64,000 bases of DNA from a candidate division FCPU426 bacterium. Its GTDB lineage: Bacteria > Oederibacteriota > PGYV01 > Palsa-1178. A model generated the notes under the pieces. That model did not search any database, was not told where the DNA came from, and was given only the letters and a program-made list of their open reading frames with translations. The DNA is taken from NCBI GenBank assembly GCA_963840035.1, contig CAWIXE010000002.1, forward strand, positions 288,001 through 352,000. The letters run 5' to 3'. Shown here piece by piece: positions 32,536-42,778 of this stretch. The position numbers were made by a program, and so were the translations under genes. The stretch's first letter is position 1; the number at the start of each line of letters is the position of its first letter.

Positions 32536-32606
32536 AAAAATCCGTTAGTTAAAGAAAAGGCAGACGCACTCAGCGCGTCTTTATGACAATAAAAGGAGAA
32601 AAACAA

Positions 32607-33137
32607 ATGGCAAAAAAAGCGAAAAAGGCAGTTAAAAGGGCGCAGATAGTGTCGCTTCCGCCTCAGGGCATGACAACTACAATACCGGATAAATTTTACC
32701 TCGTAGCGGGCGAATCCGAAGGCATGACGCCCCTTAACGCTTTTGATAACGCGCTAGTCGACGCGGGCATCGGCAACACCAATCTTGTGAAGATGTCATC
32801 CATACTTCCCCCGGGCTCAAAGCAGATAAAGCCGGTAAAGCTTCCGCTTGGCGCGCTTGTGCCTGTGGCATTTGCTTCAAAAGTATCATCTCAGACGGAT
32901 GAAATCATATCAGCCGCAGTGGCGATAGCCATACCTAAGGACCCTAAGAAAAACGGGCTTATTATGGAATACTCGGCAGCCGGACACAAGCAGGAAGTGG
33001 AAAAGATAGTAAGGCATATGGCTGAGGAAGGTTTTAAGCAGAGGGGATATGAATTAAAGGAAGTGCTTTCCATATCGGCTCAGCATAACGTGAAGAAAAT
33101 CGGCGCCGCGTACGCGGCCGTCGTTCTCTGGTGGTAA
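32607..33137 (+). CDS. pdaD: Pyruvoyl-dependent arginine decarboxylase
   Basis: LNAFDNALVDAGIGNTNLVKMSSILPP (S-S self-cleavage site), GLIMEYS. Confidence 0.9.
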   Translation: MAKKAKKAVKRAQIVSLPPQGMTTTIPDKFYLVAGESEGMTPLNAFDNALVDAGIGNTNLVKMSSILPPGSKQIKPVKLPLGALVPVAFASKVSSQTDEIISAAVAIAIPKDPKKNGLIMEYSAAGHKQEVEKIVRHMAEEGFKQRGYELKEVLSISAQHNVKKIGAAYAAVVLWW

Positions 33138-33141
33138 TCAG

Positions 33142-33981
33142 ATGGCAAAAATGACCGGCAAGTGGTGCACCGAAGTCTACAGGGACACAGCGCTTTCATT
33201 TAAGATAAAGAAGAAACTCTACGGCAAGCGCTCCAAGTACCAGATGGTTGAAGTCTGGGAGACCGAGAAACACGGAAACCTGATGGCATTAGACGGATGC
33301 TACATGGTATCAACGGAAGAGGAATTCGTATACCACGACATGATAACCCATGTGCCGCTTTTCGCCCACCCGAACCCGGAAAATGTTCTGGTCATCGGCG
33401 GAGGCGACGGAGGCACGGTCAGGGAAGTCATGAGGCATAAAGGGGTAAAGAACATAGATTTCGTCGAGATAGACGATGACGTATACACCGTATCCAAGAA
33501 ATACTTCCCGGCGCTTGTAAAAGGCTTAGAGCAGGACAAGAGGGTAAACTTCATGTTCGGCGACGGCATCAAATATGTAAAAGACTCGTGCGATAAGTAC
33601 GACGTGATACTCGTTGACGGCACTGACCCGTCGGATATAGCCGGCGGATTGTTTTCGTCGGAATTTTTTAAGGATGTCCATAACGCCCTTAAAAAAGACG
33701 GCATCATGGTAATGCAGTCAGAGGACCCGTTCTTTGACGCGGATATCATCAAGAACGTTCAGGACAGGCTGAAAAAGATATTCAGCAAAGCAGGCCTTTA
33801 CCTGGCGTTCATACCCATATATCCTTCGGGCATGTGGAGTTTTTCCTGGGCGTCAAAAAAGCACGACTTGAAGGAAATTAAGAATAAAAAATCAAAGATA
33901 GGCAAATGCAAATACTACACACCCGAACTTCACGGCGCGGCTTTCGCGCTGCCGCAGTTCGTGCAGGACAGGATAAAATGA
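33142..33981 (+). CDS. speE: Polyamine aminopropyltransferase (spermidine synthase)
   Basis: VLVIGGGDGGTVRE, VEID, YDVILVDGTDP, YPSGMW. Confidence 0.95.
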   Translation: MAKMTGKWCTEVYRDTALSFKIKKKLYGKRSKYQMVEVWETEKHGNLMALDGCYMVSTEEEFVYHDMITHVPLFAHPNPENVLVIGGGDGGTVREVMRHKGVKNIDFVEIDDDVYTVSKKYFPALVKGLEQDKRVNFMFGDGIKYVKDSCDKYDVILVDGTDPSDIAGGLFSSEFFKDVHNALKKDGIMVMQSEDPFFDADIIKNVQDRLKKIFSKAGLYLAFIPIYPSGMWSFSWASKKHDLKEIKNKKSKIGKCKYYTPELHGAAFALPQFVQDRIK

Positions 33982-34832
33982 ATTTCATAAAGGACCCCAA
34001 CTTCATAGGTTGCGACGCTTCTTTTAAAGCGGCAAAGTCTGTCGTGGTCGGTCTTCCCTATGACGGCACTTCCTCTTTCAGGCCGGGTTCGCGTTTTGCC
34101 CCGGACTCCATACGCAAACACTCCTATTCCATAGAGACTTTTTCCCATGAGCAGGAAAGGGATTTAACTGATTATAAGATAGCGGACATGGGGAACCTGG
34201 AGCTGCCTTTTGGGAACAGTGAAAAGGCCCTTGATGAAGTGGAAGAACTCTGCGGCTACATATTAAAGAATAAAAAGAAAGCCTTATATATAGGAGGGGA
34301 GCACCTCTTAACATACCCCATCATGAAGCAATACCATAAAAAATATAAGGGCCTGAAAGTCATATACTTTGACGCCCACGCGGATTTCAGGACAGGATAT
34401 TCCGGAAGCAGGCTCTCGCACGCGTCCGCGGCAAGGCTTACCACTGAAGTCATCGGCAATGAGAATTTATACATGTTCGGCATCCGGTCGTTTGAAAAAG
34501 CCGAGTGGCTCCACATGAAGAAGCACAATATATTTGTGGACAGCAAAGTAGAGCGTTTTGACGAGGTAGTTGAAGACATAAAAGACTCCCCGGTTTACAT
34601 GTCCCTTGATATGGATGTTTTTGACCCCGCGTGCCTTCCCGGGCTTGGCACGCCCGAGGCCGGCGGTATTTTTTACAGGGATTTCATGGACTTAATGCCC
34701 GGGCTTTCAAAGCTGAACATAGTGGGCATGGACGTGCTCGAAATATCACCCGAGTATGACCCGCACGGCAATTCCAGCGTATTCGGCGCAAAAGTGATAA
34801 GGGAACTCCTGCTTAATACTGCGGTCAAATGA
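33978..34832 (+). CDS. speB: Agmatinase / ureohydrolase
   Basis: SFRPGSRFAP, GGEH, DAHAD, SLDMDVFDP, GTPE; ATGA overlap with speE. Confidence 0.93.
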   Translation: MNFIKDPNFIGCDASFKAAKSVVVGLPYDGTSSFRPGSRFAPDSIRKHSYSIETFSHEQERDLTDYKIADMGNLELPFGNSEKALDEVEELCGYILKNKKKALYIGGEHLLTYPIMKQYHKKYKGLKVIYFDAHADFRTGYSGSRLSHASAARLTTEVIGNENLYMFGIRSFEKAEWLHMKKHNIFVDSKVERFDEVVEDIKDSPVYMSLDMDVFDPACLPGLGTPEAGGIFYRDFMDLMPGLSKLNIVGMDVLEISPEYDPHGNSSVFGAKVIRELLLNTAVK

Positions 34833-37189
34833 CTAAGAAAGACCGCGTCTATCAGATAATCCTCGCGATCCTCCCGCTTTTTGTTTTCTTTCCCATGTAC
34901 TTTCAGGGTAAGCTCATATCGTGGCTGGACATGATGCATTATTTCATGCCTTTCAGGATAATGACCGCCAATGCCATACAGCACGGGGTCATGCCTTTCT
35001 GGAACCCGTACATCTACTGCGGAAACCCTCTCATGGCGAACATGCAGACGGCCGTATTTTACCCGCTGAATATTTTTTACCATGTGCTCGCGCCTGACGC
35101 GGCATTGCGGATAACCACTTATCTCATTTTCCTTGTAATGGCAATTTTTGCGTATGGTTTTTTCAGGCTTTATAAGATTTCCGAGGAGGGAAGTTTCATG
35201 GCCGCCTGCATGCTGGCGTTCGGTTTTTTTACGACAATAAAGGCCGTGGAGCTTGCAGAGATAAATGTGCTGGGGTGGATGCCCGCTGCGCTATATTTTA
35301 CGAAGAAATACGCGGAAAGCGGAAAGTCCGCGGACAAGTTCATGATACCCCTGTTCCTTGCACTGTCGCTGCTGGGCGGGCACCCGCAGTTTTTTATTTA
35401 CATCTTCACGATATTCTCGATATTCTTTATTTATGAGCTGGTATACCTCAATAAGGGGCACCGGATTGACGCCGTTAAAAATTACCTTTTGATCTGTTTT
35501 TTATTGGGGGCCCTGGCGCTTATACAGCTTTTGCCCACGGCAAACTTTATCCTTCAATCAAAAAGGGCGGTGGGGGGCATTTCTTTCGAGGAAAATATCG
35601 GCGGGTTCATGAAGTTTGAGCACCTGATGTCATTCTTTTTCCCGTTCTTAACTGATTTCTTCTCCAAACACTCGAGTTTCCTCAACTGGGTGGGTTTAAT
35701 AGACATAGGAGTATTGCCGGTGGCGCTGCTGGGCCTTGGCATGCTGAAAATGAAAGACAGAAAACTTAAAATATTGATGATGTCCGTAATTGCTGTGTCG
35801 CTCCTGTTTGTTTTCGCCGGGAACATGCCGTTTTATAAGAAAATGTATGAAAGCGTGGGATTCCTGTCTTCCATGAGGTACCATTCAAAGATAATAGTAA
35901 TTACTTACTTTTTCATCTGCTTTCTCGCGGCCGCGGGGTTTGACAGCCTTTTTTACGGGGCGGACGGGGAAGCCAAAGCCTTCTCAAAAGTTGCGCTTGC
36001 GTGCGCCGGAATAATGCTGATTATTTATCTGTTCGCGGACATTTACAGGAATTTTATACTCGGGTCGTACAGAAAAATCTTCGACCCTGCCATGAGTTTC
36101 CAGGCCACGTTTGACGCGGTGAATATCTACGCCAGATTTGCCGGAAAATTCCTGATATATACCGTTTTTCTATGCGCGTCAGCGGCCGTCTTTTACCTGG
36201 CCGGGATAAAAGGGTTAAGGAACGGTTATGTAAAAGGCGCGGCAATGGCCATCGCGGTTTCAGGGCTCTTTGTCATTCATCTTCCGGGCAACGGGAATTT
36301 TACCACGTATAAGCTCATGTCGGAAACCACAAAGCAGGCGGAATTTGTCATGGCAGACCCGGGTATGAACGGGTACCGCGTACTCGCTCCGGGCATAGCC
36401 AATCCTTTTGAGTTTGACATTGATTCAAACACCTACGAGGAGCTCTACTATTATATCAGGGATGTTTTCACACCCAACATAAACCTCTGGTATCCGTTTA
36501 AGAACGCCGAGGGATTTGATTCGCTGTCCCTGCTTTCGTTTGCCCGGGTAAAGTCTTATTTTGGCGTGATGGATAAGCCCTGGGATAAACCGGCATTTTC
36601 ACTTCTTTCTGCCAGGTACATTTCAAGCAGGTCGCCGATTTCGGGCAGGTACCTGAAACTGGCTAGTAAAGGCTCTACAGACCTGTATATGAACTCAAAC
36701 GCGCTTAAAGAAGCTTTCTTCCTGCCGGTTTCTTCGGGAGTTAAGTATGTGGCCGAAAAGGACGGATATCTGGAATTATTCAAGAAGGGTTTTAACCCTT
36801 CGAAGACCATGGTCCTTGAGGAAGCGGACAGGGCGCGGGCCGAGGCTGTAATTGAGGGCGCGGCCGGGGGCAAAACCGCGGCAGCCAGGACAGAAGTTGA
36901 TTTTTCTGATGTTGACCTGAATACCATAAAGATAAAAGTAACCTGCGGGGAAGCCGGTTTCCTCACCGTTACTGATAATTATTACCCGGGATGGAAAGCC
37001 TCAGTGGACGGAGCCCCGGCCAGGATATTTAAGTCATATACCACGTTCAAGTCGGTCTTCCTTAAGCCGGGGAGCCATACAGTGGTTTTTTATTATTCGC
37101 CGCCTGAATTTCCGCCGGCCGCGGTCGTTTCAATCACGGCCCTGCTGCTGTTAATTCCCGTGGTGCCCATGCTGCTGGTGCTGTTTTGA
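34829..37189 (+). CDS. YfhO-family multi-pass membrane protein (GT-C glycosyltransferase-like)
   Basis: PFWNPYIYCGNPLMAN, FYPLN, GHPQ, IQLLP, DNYYPGWKASVDG, GSHTVVFYYSP. Confidence 0.88.
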   Translation: MTKKDRVYQIILAILPLFVFFPMYFQGKLISWLDMMHYFMPFRIMTANAIQHGVMPFWNPYIYCGNPLMANMQTAVFYPLNIFYHVLAPDAALRITTYLIFLVMAIFAYGFFRLYKISEEGSFMAACMLAFGFFTTIKAVELAEINVLGWMPAALYFTKKYAESGKSADKFMIPLFLALSLLGGHPQFFIYIFTIFSIFFIYELVYLNKGHRIDAVKNYLLICFLLGALALIQLLPTANFILQSKRAVGGISFEENIGGFMKFEHLMSFFFPFLTDFFSKHSSFLNWVGLIDIGVLPVALLGLGMLKMKDRKLKILMMSVIAVSLLFVFAGNMPFYKKMYESVGFLSSMRYHSKIIVITYFFICFLAAAGFDSLFYGADGEAKAFSKVALACAGIMLIIYLFADIYRNFILGSYRKIFDPAMSFQATFDAVNIYARFAGKFLIYTVFLCASAAVFYLAGIKGLRNGYVKGAAMAIAVSGLFVIHLPGNGNFTTYKLMSETTKQAEFVMADPGMNGYRVLAPGIANPFEFDIDSNTYEELYYYIRDVFTPNINLWYPFKNAEGFDSLSLLSFARVKSYFGVMDKPWDKPAFSLLSARYISSRSPISGRYLKLASKGSTDLYMNSNALKEAFFLPVSSGVKYVAEKDGYLELFKKGFNPSKTMVLEEADRARAEAVIEGAAGGKTAAARTEVDFSDVDLNTIKIKVTCGEAGFLTVTDNYYPGWKASVDGAPARIFKSYTTFKSVFLKPGSHTVVFYYSPPEFPPAAVVSITALLLLIPVVPMLLVLF

Positions 37190-39162
37190 AAAAAACTTAC
37201 ATACTGAAAATTATTCCCGCAGCGCTTTTTTTTCTTGCCATACTTGCTTTATACACGGGGAACATGGCGCCTTCATTTAATTCGGACGACAGCCCCGAGA
37301 CTTCAGTGGCATTTCATACGCTTGGGGTCCAGCACCCGCCCGGGTATCCATTAAATACCATGATAGGAAAAATATTCACGTTTATCCCGCTGGGCAGCAC
37401 TGCTTTCAGGGCAAACCTGATGTCCGCGTTTTTTTCTCTGCTTGCGGGTTTCATGATATACCTTCTTGCATTTTCCACGGCGAAAAAACACTTTAAGCTT
37501 GAAGAGAACGGGGAAGCCCAGGCAGCGGCGCTGATAGCCGCGGTATTTTACATGCTCGGAGCCTCGGCGTGGCTCCAGGGAAGCTTCGCGAAGGGTTCCA
37601 TATACGCGTTAAACAGTTTTCTCCTGGCTGTATGCCTGTGGGCGCTTTTCAGGGCCGGGGACGGGAAAAAATTCCTGTACCTGTTTTCATTTATATACGG
37701 GATATCCATGGGAAACCACTGGACTTCCATGGCGGTAATCGCGCCGGCGGCCCTGTTTTACCTTTTCATGAAGAGAAAAAGCCTTACGTTAAAATCGTTG
37801 ATGACCGCGGCCGCCTTTTTTATTTTTGGCTGCGGCGTATATTTATACGTTTGGATACGCAGCGCCGGGATGCCGGCATACGCGTGGGGGGACATCAAGA
37901 CGGTTAATGACTTCATATGGCTCATATCCAGGGCGCAATACTCGGGTATCGAGAACGCGCATAAGCTGTCGCATACCGCGGGGCTGCTCATGTTTTACTT
38001 AAAAAACCTGTTTTACAGCGAGTATCCGCTGTTCTTTGCGCTGCTGCTTATACCCGGCGCGTATATCCTTATCAAAAAGGATTTTGCTCAGGGCGCGGCA
38101 ATAACGGGCGCGTTCCTGCTTGTCGCGGTAAGCGTGGCGTCGTTTGCGACGCCTCCGGCAAAAACCGAGTGGATAATAAAACCCTACATGGTATCGACAT
38201 ATGTCTTTGCCGCGCTTTTCGTTTCGGCTTTTTTTTCATGGGCCGCCGGGTTCATAGGCAAAAAGGCCCGGGTGTATGCCTTAGCCGGCGCGCTCGCGGT
38301 TTTAACCGCGGCCATGGCGTTTTTCAATAATCCGGGTTATTCCAGGTATTTTATCGGATATGATTTTGCTGAAAATATATCCAAGACCCTGCCTGAAAAT
38401 TCAATAGTTTTTACTGAAGGCGACATGAATGTCGGGGCCGTACTGTATAAGACGCTTGTCGACAAAGAAAAATTCACGCCGCTCATACCTGTGGTCCTGC
38501 TTTATGACTGGTACTTAGGCCAGGTCAAACGCAATTACCCTGGCAGCGTGAACCTGCCGGAAAAAGGAAGCTCGCCCGGGGCATACATACTATCCATAAT
38601 TCAGGCTAACCCGGGAAGGCTGTTTTACTATTCAAACGTGTATAACGCCGGTTTCATAAACCCTTCAATGCTCACGCCAAACGGCCTTTTGTACAAAATC
38701 CAGGGGCCGGCCGAGCGCAGGGTCGTAAGCGATACCCCCATCGCAGTTTATTCTTTCAGGGGCTTGACAGGCAAGAGGGTTAAATATGACGAATTCACGC
38801 AGAGGCTGGTGCTGGATAATTACGCGATGGCGTTTTTTACGTTGGGGGATTCGATGCGGATGGCGAACTATTTTGGCGTGGCATCGGCTTTCTACGAACG
38901 CGGCCTGCTGTTTGCTGAAAACAGCGGCGCGTATACCAACGTGGGGCTCTGTTATTATTACATGAAAAACATGGCAAAGGCCGAAGAAAAATGGGAAAAA
39001 GCGTCCCAATTGGCCCCAGACGACCCCACAATACTCACCAACCTCGCGTTTGTTTACGCGGCAAGGAACGACAGGGCAAAAGCGAGGGAATACGCGGAAA
39101 AAGCCTTAAGGATTAACCCCGCAAACCCAACCGCGGCGCAGATTATTAAAAACCTTAAATAA
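37186..39162 (+). CDS. DUF2723 / TMEM260-like GT-C protein with C-terminal TPRs
   Basis: DSPE, HPPGYPL, FRANLMS, GNH, EGD motifs; many TMs; TPR tail. Confidence 0.85.
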   Translation: MKKTYILKIIPAALFFLAILALYTGNMAPSFNSDDSPETSVAFHTLGVQHPPGYPLNTMIGKIFTFIPLGSTAFRANLMSAFFSLLAGFMIYLLAFSTAKKHFKLEENGEAQAAALIAAVFYMLGASAWLQGSFAKGSIYALNSFLLAVCLWALFRAGDGKKFLYLFSFIYGISMGNHWTSMAVIAPAALFYLFMKRKSLTLKSLMTAAAFFIFGCGVYLYVWIRSAGMPAYAWGDIKTVNDFIWLISRAQYSGIENAHKLSHTAGLLMFYLKNLFYSEYPLFFALLLIPGAYILIKKDFAQGAAITGAFLLVAVSVASFATPPAKTEWIIKPYMVSTYVFAALFVSAFFSWAAGFIGKKARVYALAGALAVLTAAMAFFNNPGYSRYFIGYDFAENISKTLPENSIVFTEGDMNVGAVLYKTLVDKEKFTPLIPVVLLYDWYLGQVKRNYPGSVNLPEKGSSPGAYILSIIQANPGRLFYYSNVYNAGFINPSMLTPNGLLYKIQGPAERRVVSDTPIAVYSFRGLTGKRVKYDEFTQRLVLDNYAMAFFTLGDSMRMANYFGVASAFYERGLLFAENSGAYTNVGLCYYYMKNMAKAEEKWEKASQLAPDDPTILTNLAFVYAARNDRAKAREYAEKALRINPANPTAAQIIKNLK

Positions 39163-39283
39163 ATTTTCAATTTTCCATTCTGAATTTTCAATTAAAACAG
39201 AGCTTTTTGCAGGGATTTTTATTTTGAGTTCTTATATTTGAGTTGTTGTGGTTGATTGAAAATATAAAATTGAAAATTCATAA
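39162..39283. repeat. Heptamer hairpin element TTTTCAA family
   Basis: aattttcaattttccattctgaattttcaatt ... attgaaaatataaaattgaaaattcataatt. Confidence 0.85.
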
Positions 39284-39302
39284 TTGTATTCATAAATGCC
39301 TG

Positions 39303-39331
39303 TTGAAAAATCCCCCGTTTTACTGTAAAAT
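39303..39331 (+). promoter_or_regulatory. sigma70 promoter
   Basis: TTGAAA-17-TAAAAT. Confidence 0.6.
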
Positions 39332-39371
39332 AACTTTGTTGTTTCATAATATCAGGGAGAGTGCGCAAATA

Positions 39372-40700
39372 ATGAAATTGTCACGTAAAATCATTATAAT
39401 TATGGCTCTATTTCTTCTTTTTTCCGCACAGCTATTCCCGGCGGGCGGAGCGGGGATAACTTCTTCTAACTTCCTTAAATTATCCCAGGGCGCAAGGCCG
39501 GCGGGCATGGGTGAGGCTTTTGTCGCGATCGCTGACGACGTCAACGCTGTTTACTGGAATCCGGCGGGATTAGCCCAGCTGACACGCAACCAGGTATGCC
39601 TGATGCATTCTGTCTGGCTTGTGGATGTAAACTTTGAATACATGGCTTACGCCCTTCCCATAAAGGGCTTCGGCACGATCGCGGCTTACGGATTATTCTT
39701 AAATGCCGGGGAAATATTCAAAACCGGGGAAACTCCCGCGGGAGATTATTTATATGACGGCGCGAAGATAAAGGCCACGGATTTTAACGTGACTGTGGCA
39801 TACGCCAAAAAATTATCGGAAATAATCGGGGATGACTCGCTTTTTGCGGACTTATCGCTCGGAATAAACGTCAATATTATCAGCGAAACCATAGCGGATG
39901 ATACCGGCGGCGGATTCGGGGTAAATATCGGCGCTTATTTTTACCCGCGCTATGAAAATTATTCCATGGGGCTGACCCTCGAGAACATCGGGGTTGCCAA
40001 TAACCGCCCGTCGCTGCCCTCGGTCGTTAAATTCGGCTTTGGCTACAGGTTCCCGCTGGAAAACGCCTTCATATCATTCACTGAAGAAGGCTCCTTCAAC
40101 TACATTGAGAATAACGCGGCAGGTTCCGTGGATATACTTTACTACCCGGTGGAAGGTTTCTTTAAGGTCAGGATGGGCGTTGAAAAGTACTGGGAACTGA
40201 ATAAATTCCACACAATAGCCTTAAGGCTCGGTTACAAATTCTTTGAAGACCTTGGGGCGCTCGCCGGTATCACGGCGGGTTTCGGCTACAGGCTTACAGT
40301 AAATAAGGAAACTACCGTTGACGTGGATTACGTTATGTCGCCTTATGCCGAGCTCGGGCTTTCCCAGAGGATATCGGTGACAGGCAAGTTCCTGGGAACC
40401 CCTGAAAGCCATTCCACTGAAAACCCGAAGGAAGCTTCCGTATATTATAAAAAAGGATATGAACTCCTTTACAAAAAACAGTTTTCCAACGCGCTTATCG
40501 AATTCTCAGAGTGCATAAAAAGATACCGCAACTACGCGCCGTCATACATGGGCATAGGCGCCTGTTTTTTAAACATGGGCAAGAAAGCCATGGCAATGAA
40601 AGCTTACGCTAAAGCCCTTGAAATCGACCCGACTAACACCAAACTTAAGGATTATGTGGAGCAGCTTAAAGCCCAGATACCGCCGGTTCCCGGAAGGTAA
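39372..40700 (+). CDS. PorV/PorQ(FadL)-family beta-barrel fused to C-terminal TPRs
   Basis: FLKLSQGARPAGMGEAFVAIADDVNAVYWNPAGLA signature; LRLGY, LGLSQRIS; TPR tail. Confidence 0.85.
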   Translation: MKLSRKIIIIMALFLLFSAQLFPAGGAGITSSNFLKLSQGARPAGMGEAFVAIADDVNAVYWNPAGLAQLTRNQVCLMHSVWLVDVNFEYMAYALPIKGFGTIAAYGLFLNAGEIFKTGETPAGDYLYDGAKIKATDFNVTVAYAKKLSEIIGDDSLFADLSLGINVNIISETIADDTGGGFGVNIGAYFYPRYENYSMGLTLENIGVANNRPSLPSVVKFGFGYRFPLENAFISFTEEGSFNYIENNAAGSVDILYYPVEGFFKVRMGVEKYWELNKFHTIALRLGYKFFEDLGALAGITAGFGYRLTVNKETTVDVDYVMSPYAELGLSQRISVTGKFLGTPESHSTENPKEASVYYKKGYELLYKKQFSNALIEFSECIKRYRNYAPSYMGIGACFLNMGKKAMAMKAYAKALEIDPTNTKLKDYVEQLKAQIPPVPGR

Positions 40701-40757
40701 TAAGCCTACTTGCAGCGCATGGAAGACATCTGATAAATAACTGAAGGAGCAAAGCAA

Positions 40758-41753
40758 ATGAGGGTTACGATAAAGGACATAGCAAAGAGGGTGGGTGTGA
40801 CCCCTGCCACTGTTTCCATGGTCATAAACAACAGCCCCAAGATAAGCCAGAAAACAAAGGAGCTTGTGGCAAGCGCCATAAAGGAAATGAACTACCATCC
40901 TAATTATATAGGAAGAAGCCTCGTCAAAGGCAAAACCAATAACATCGCGGTTGTGGCTTCATTTTTTGCGTCGCTTTTTGCCCTTGAGTCTGTCCGCGGC
41001 ATAGAGGCGAATCTAAGGAATACCCAGTATAACCTGATACTGTATTCGACCAGAGGGCTTGAGGAAAACGAGAACGAGATGCTCCGCAGGCTTTTTTATG
41101 AACGCAGGGCCGACGGGATAATAATCATCTCGTTAAGGATGGAAAAGGAACTTCTTGACGAATTCAAGAAGGAAGGCATACCCGTAGTTTTCATAGAAGA
41201 GGTCATAGAAGGCGCGCCAACAGTAAAATTTAAGAATATAAAGGGCGCATATATGGCCACGGAATACTTTGCCAAGAATAAGAGGAAAAACATAGGGCTT
41301 ATAGTGGGGGAATCAGGATTAAACGCGGAGGAACGGCTTAAAGGCTATAAAGACGCCTTAAATGATTTTGGCATGGCATTTGACGAGAAGAATGTCGTGA
41401 GGGTGAAAAATTATAATTTCGAAGAAGGGGAAAAATGCTTAAAACAGCTCCTTAAAAAATCCCCGGATACAGACGCCATATTCTGCGCGGCCGGGGACGT
41501 GACGGCCATAGGCGTGCTTGACGCCGCAAAAGCCATGGGGGTTAAGGTGCCTGACGACATAGCGGTCATCGGGTATGACGATATTTACATATCAAACCTG
41601 ACAAACCCTTCGCTTACCACCATAAGGCAGCCCATCGCCCAGATGGGAAGGCAGGCTTTTGACGTGCTCATGGATATAGTGGAAGGCAAGACGCCGTATG
41701 AAAGCAAAATTATCAGTTTTGAGCCGGAACTCATTATCCGCGATTCAGTGTAA
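40758..41753 (+). CDS. LacI-family transcriptional regulator
   Basis: TIKDIAKRVGVTPATVSMVIN HTH; VPDDIAVIGYDD, PSLTTIRQP. Confidence 0.96.
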   Translation: MRVTIKDIAKRVGVTPATVSMVINNSPKISQKTKELVASAIKEMNYHPNYIGRSLVKGKTNNIAVVASFFASLFALESVRGIEANLRNTQYNLILYSTRGLEENENEMLRRLFYERRADGIIIISLRMEKELLDEFKKEGIPVVFIEEVIEGAPTVKFKNIKGAYMATEYFAKNKRKNIGLIVGESGLNAEERLKGYKDALNDFGMAFDEKNVVRVKNYNFEEGEKCLKQLLKKSPDTDAIFCAAGDVTAIGVLDAAKAMGVKVPDDIAVIGYDDIYISNLTNPSLTTIRQPIAQMGRQAFDVLMDIVEGKTPYESKIISFEPELIIRDSV

Positions 41754-41761
41754 AAAACCTT

Positions 41762-42688
41762 ATGCCGCTTTCTAAAAACCGTATTTTTAAATCATTGTTT
41801 ATATCAGCGGTTTTGTTCGCGGCAATTCCTTTCAAAATATCTGCTGCCGGAAATACAGCCGGTAGTTTTCTGCTTGTAAACATTCAGGCCAGGGAAACAT
41901 CGCTCGGAGGCATATATGCCCCGTATTACGCGCGGCCCGGGGCTTCCACCATGAACCCGGCAACCCTTCAGGGAATAAAGAACAGCTATGTGATATTTTC
42001 CCATTATGCCTCTGTTTTTAACACGCACTACGAGCAGGTGCAGTATGCCTTGCCGCTGGATGTTTCCTCGTGCGCGGGAGCGTACCTGATGTATTCCGCT
42101 AACGACACTCTCTTTAGGACAAATGAATTCGGCGAGCCTGTGGAGAGGATTGAAAATTATGACGCCATAATAGGAGGGACATATTCGAGGGCCCTCAATG
42201 AAGAGTATAATATAGGGGCAAATCTGAAAGTTGTGGCTGAAAAACTTTATAACAGCACGAACTTCGGGGCGGTTATAACAGCGGGAATGCTTTACAGAAA
42301 TTATGAAAGCAGGTACACTATAGGCGCGGATATTGAAAATTTGGGGATTGGCACATCTTTCTTTAAGGAAAAGACACTGTATCCCATAGTGTTCCGGGCG
42401 GGTTACGGCACTGAAGTATATAAGTATGAGGAAGAGTATAAAATATCGCTTTACATAGAGGAACGCGTTTTTTTAAATGAGGATGAAGGCACCGAGACTT
42501 CTTTCGGGATGGAAGCCATATACAAAAAGTTTTTTGTCTTCAGGTACGGATATATTTTCGGCAGGAACGAGGGCCGGGTGGCCACGGGCGCCGGGATAAA
42601 GCTAAACGATTTTTTTGTGGATTACGCGTATCAGCCGTACTTTGTGTCCGACAACGCGCATAGGGTGACTATAAAATACATGTTTTAA
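41762..42688 (+). CDS. Second, divergent PorV/PorQ-family beta-barrel
   Basis: FLLVNIQARETSLGG...MNPATL; FRYGY, VDYAY, HRVTIKYMF with terminal Phe. Confidence 0.78.
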   Translation: MPLSKNRIFKSLFISAVLFAAIPFKISAAGNTAGSFLLVNIQARETSLGGIYAPYYARPGASTMNPATLQGIKNSYVIFSHYASVFNTHYEQVQYALPLDVSSCAGAYLMYSANDTLFRTNEFGEPVERIENYDAIIGGTYSRALNEEYNIGANLKVVAEKLYNSTNFGAVITAGMLYRNYESRYTIGADIENLGIGTSFFKEKTLYPIVFRAGYGTEVYKYEEEYKISLYIEERVFLNEDEGTETSFGMEAIYKKFFVFRYGYIFGRNEGRVATGAGIKLNDFFVDYAYQPYFVSDNAHRVTIKYMF

Positions 42689-42770
42689 TTTTGGATTTTC
42701 AATTTTAAATTTTCAATTAACGGCAGATCCTGCCTTTAATTGAAAATTTAAAATATAAAATTGAAAATTG
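42687..42770. repeat. Heptamer hairpin element TTTTCAA family
   Basis: aattttggattttcaattttaaattttcaattaa ... ttaattgaaaatttaaaatataaaattgaaaatt. Confidence 0.9.
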
Positions 42771-42778
42771 GAAGGCAC

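Noticed and set aside
32559..32582. Hairpin AGACGC-actcagc-GCGTCT before pdaD as a regulatory RNA
   Set aside because: Single short stem with no recognisable riboswitch features; insufficient support
39243..39371. Upstream extensions of ORFs (also 42761, 33906, 27886, 8645, 1407)
   Set aside because: Extensions run through repeats, promoters or the previous gene; downstream ATGs have an RBS, signal peptide or ATGA coupling
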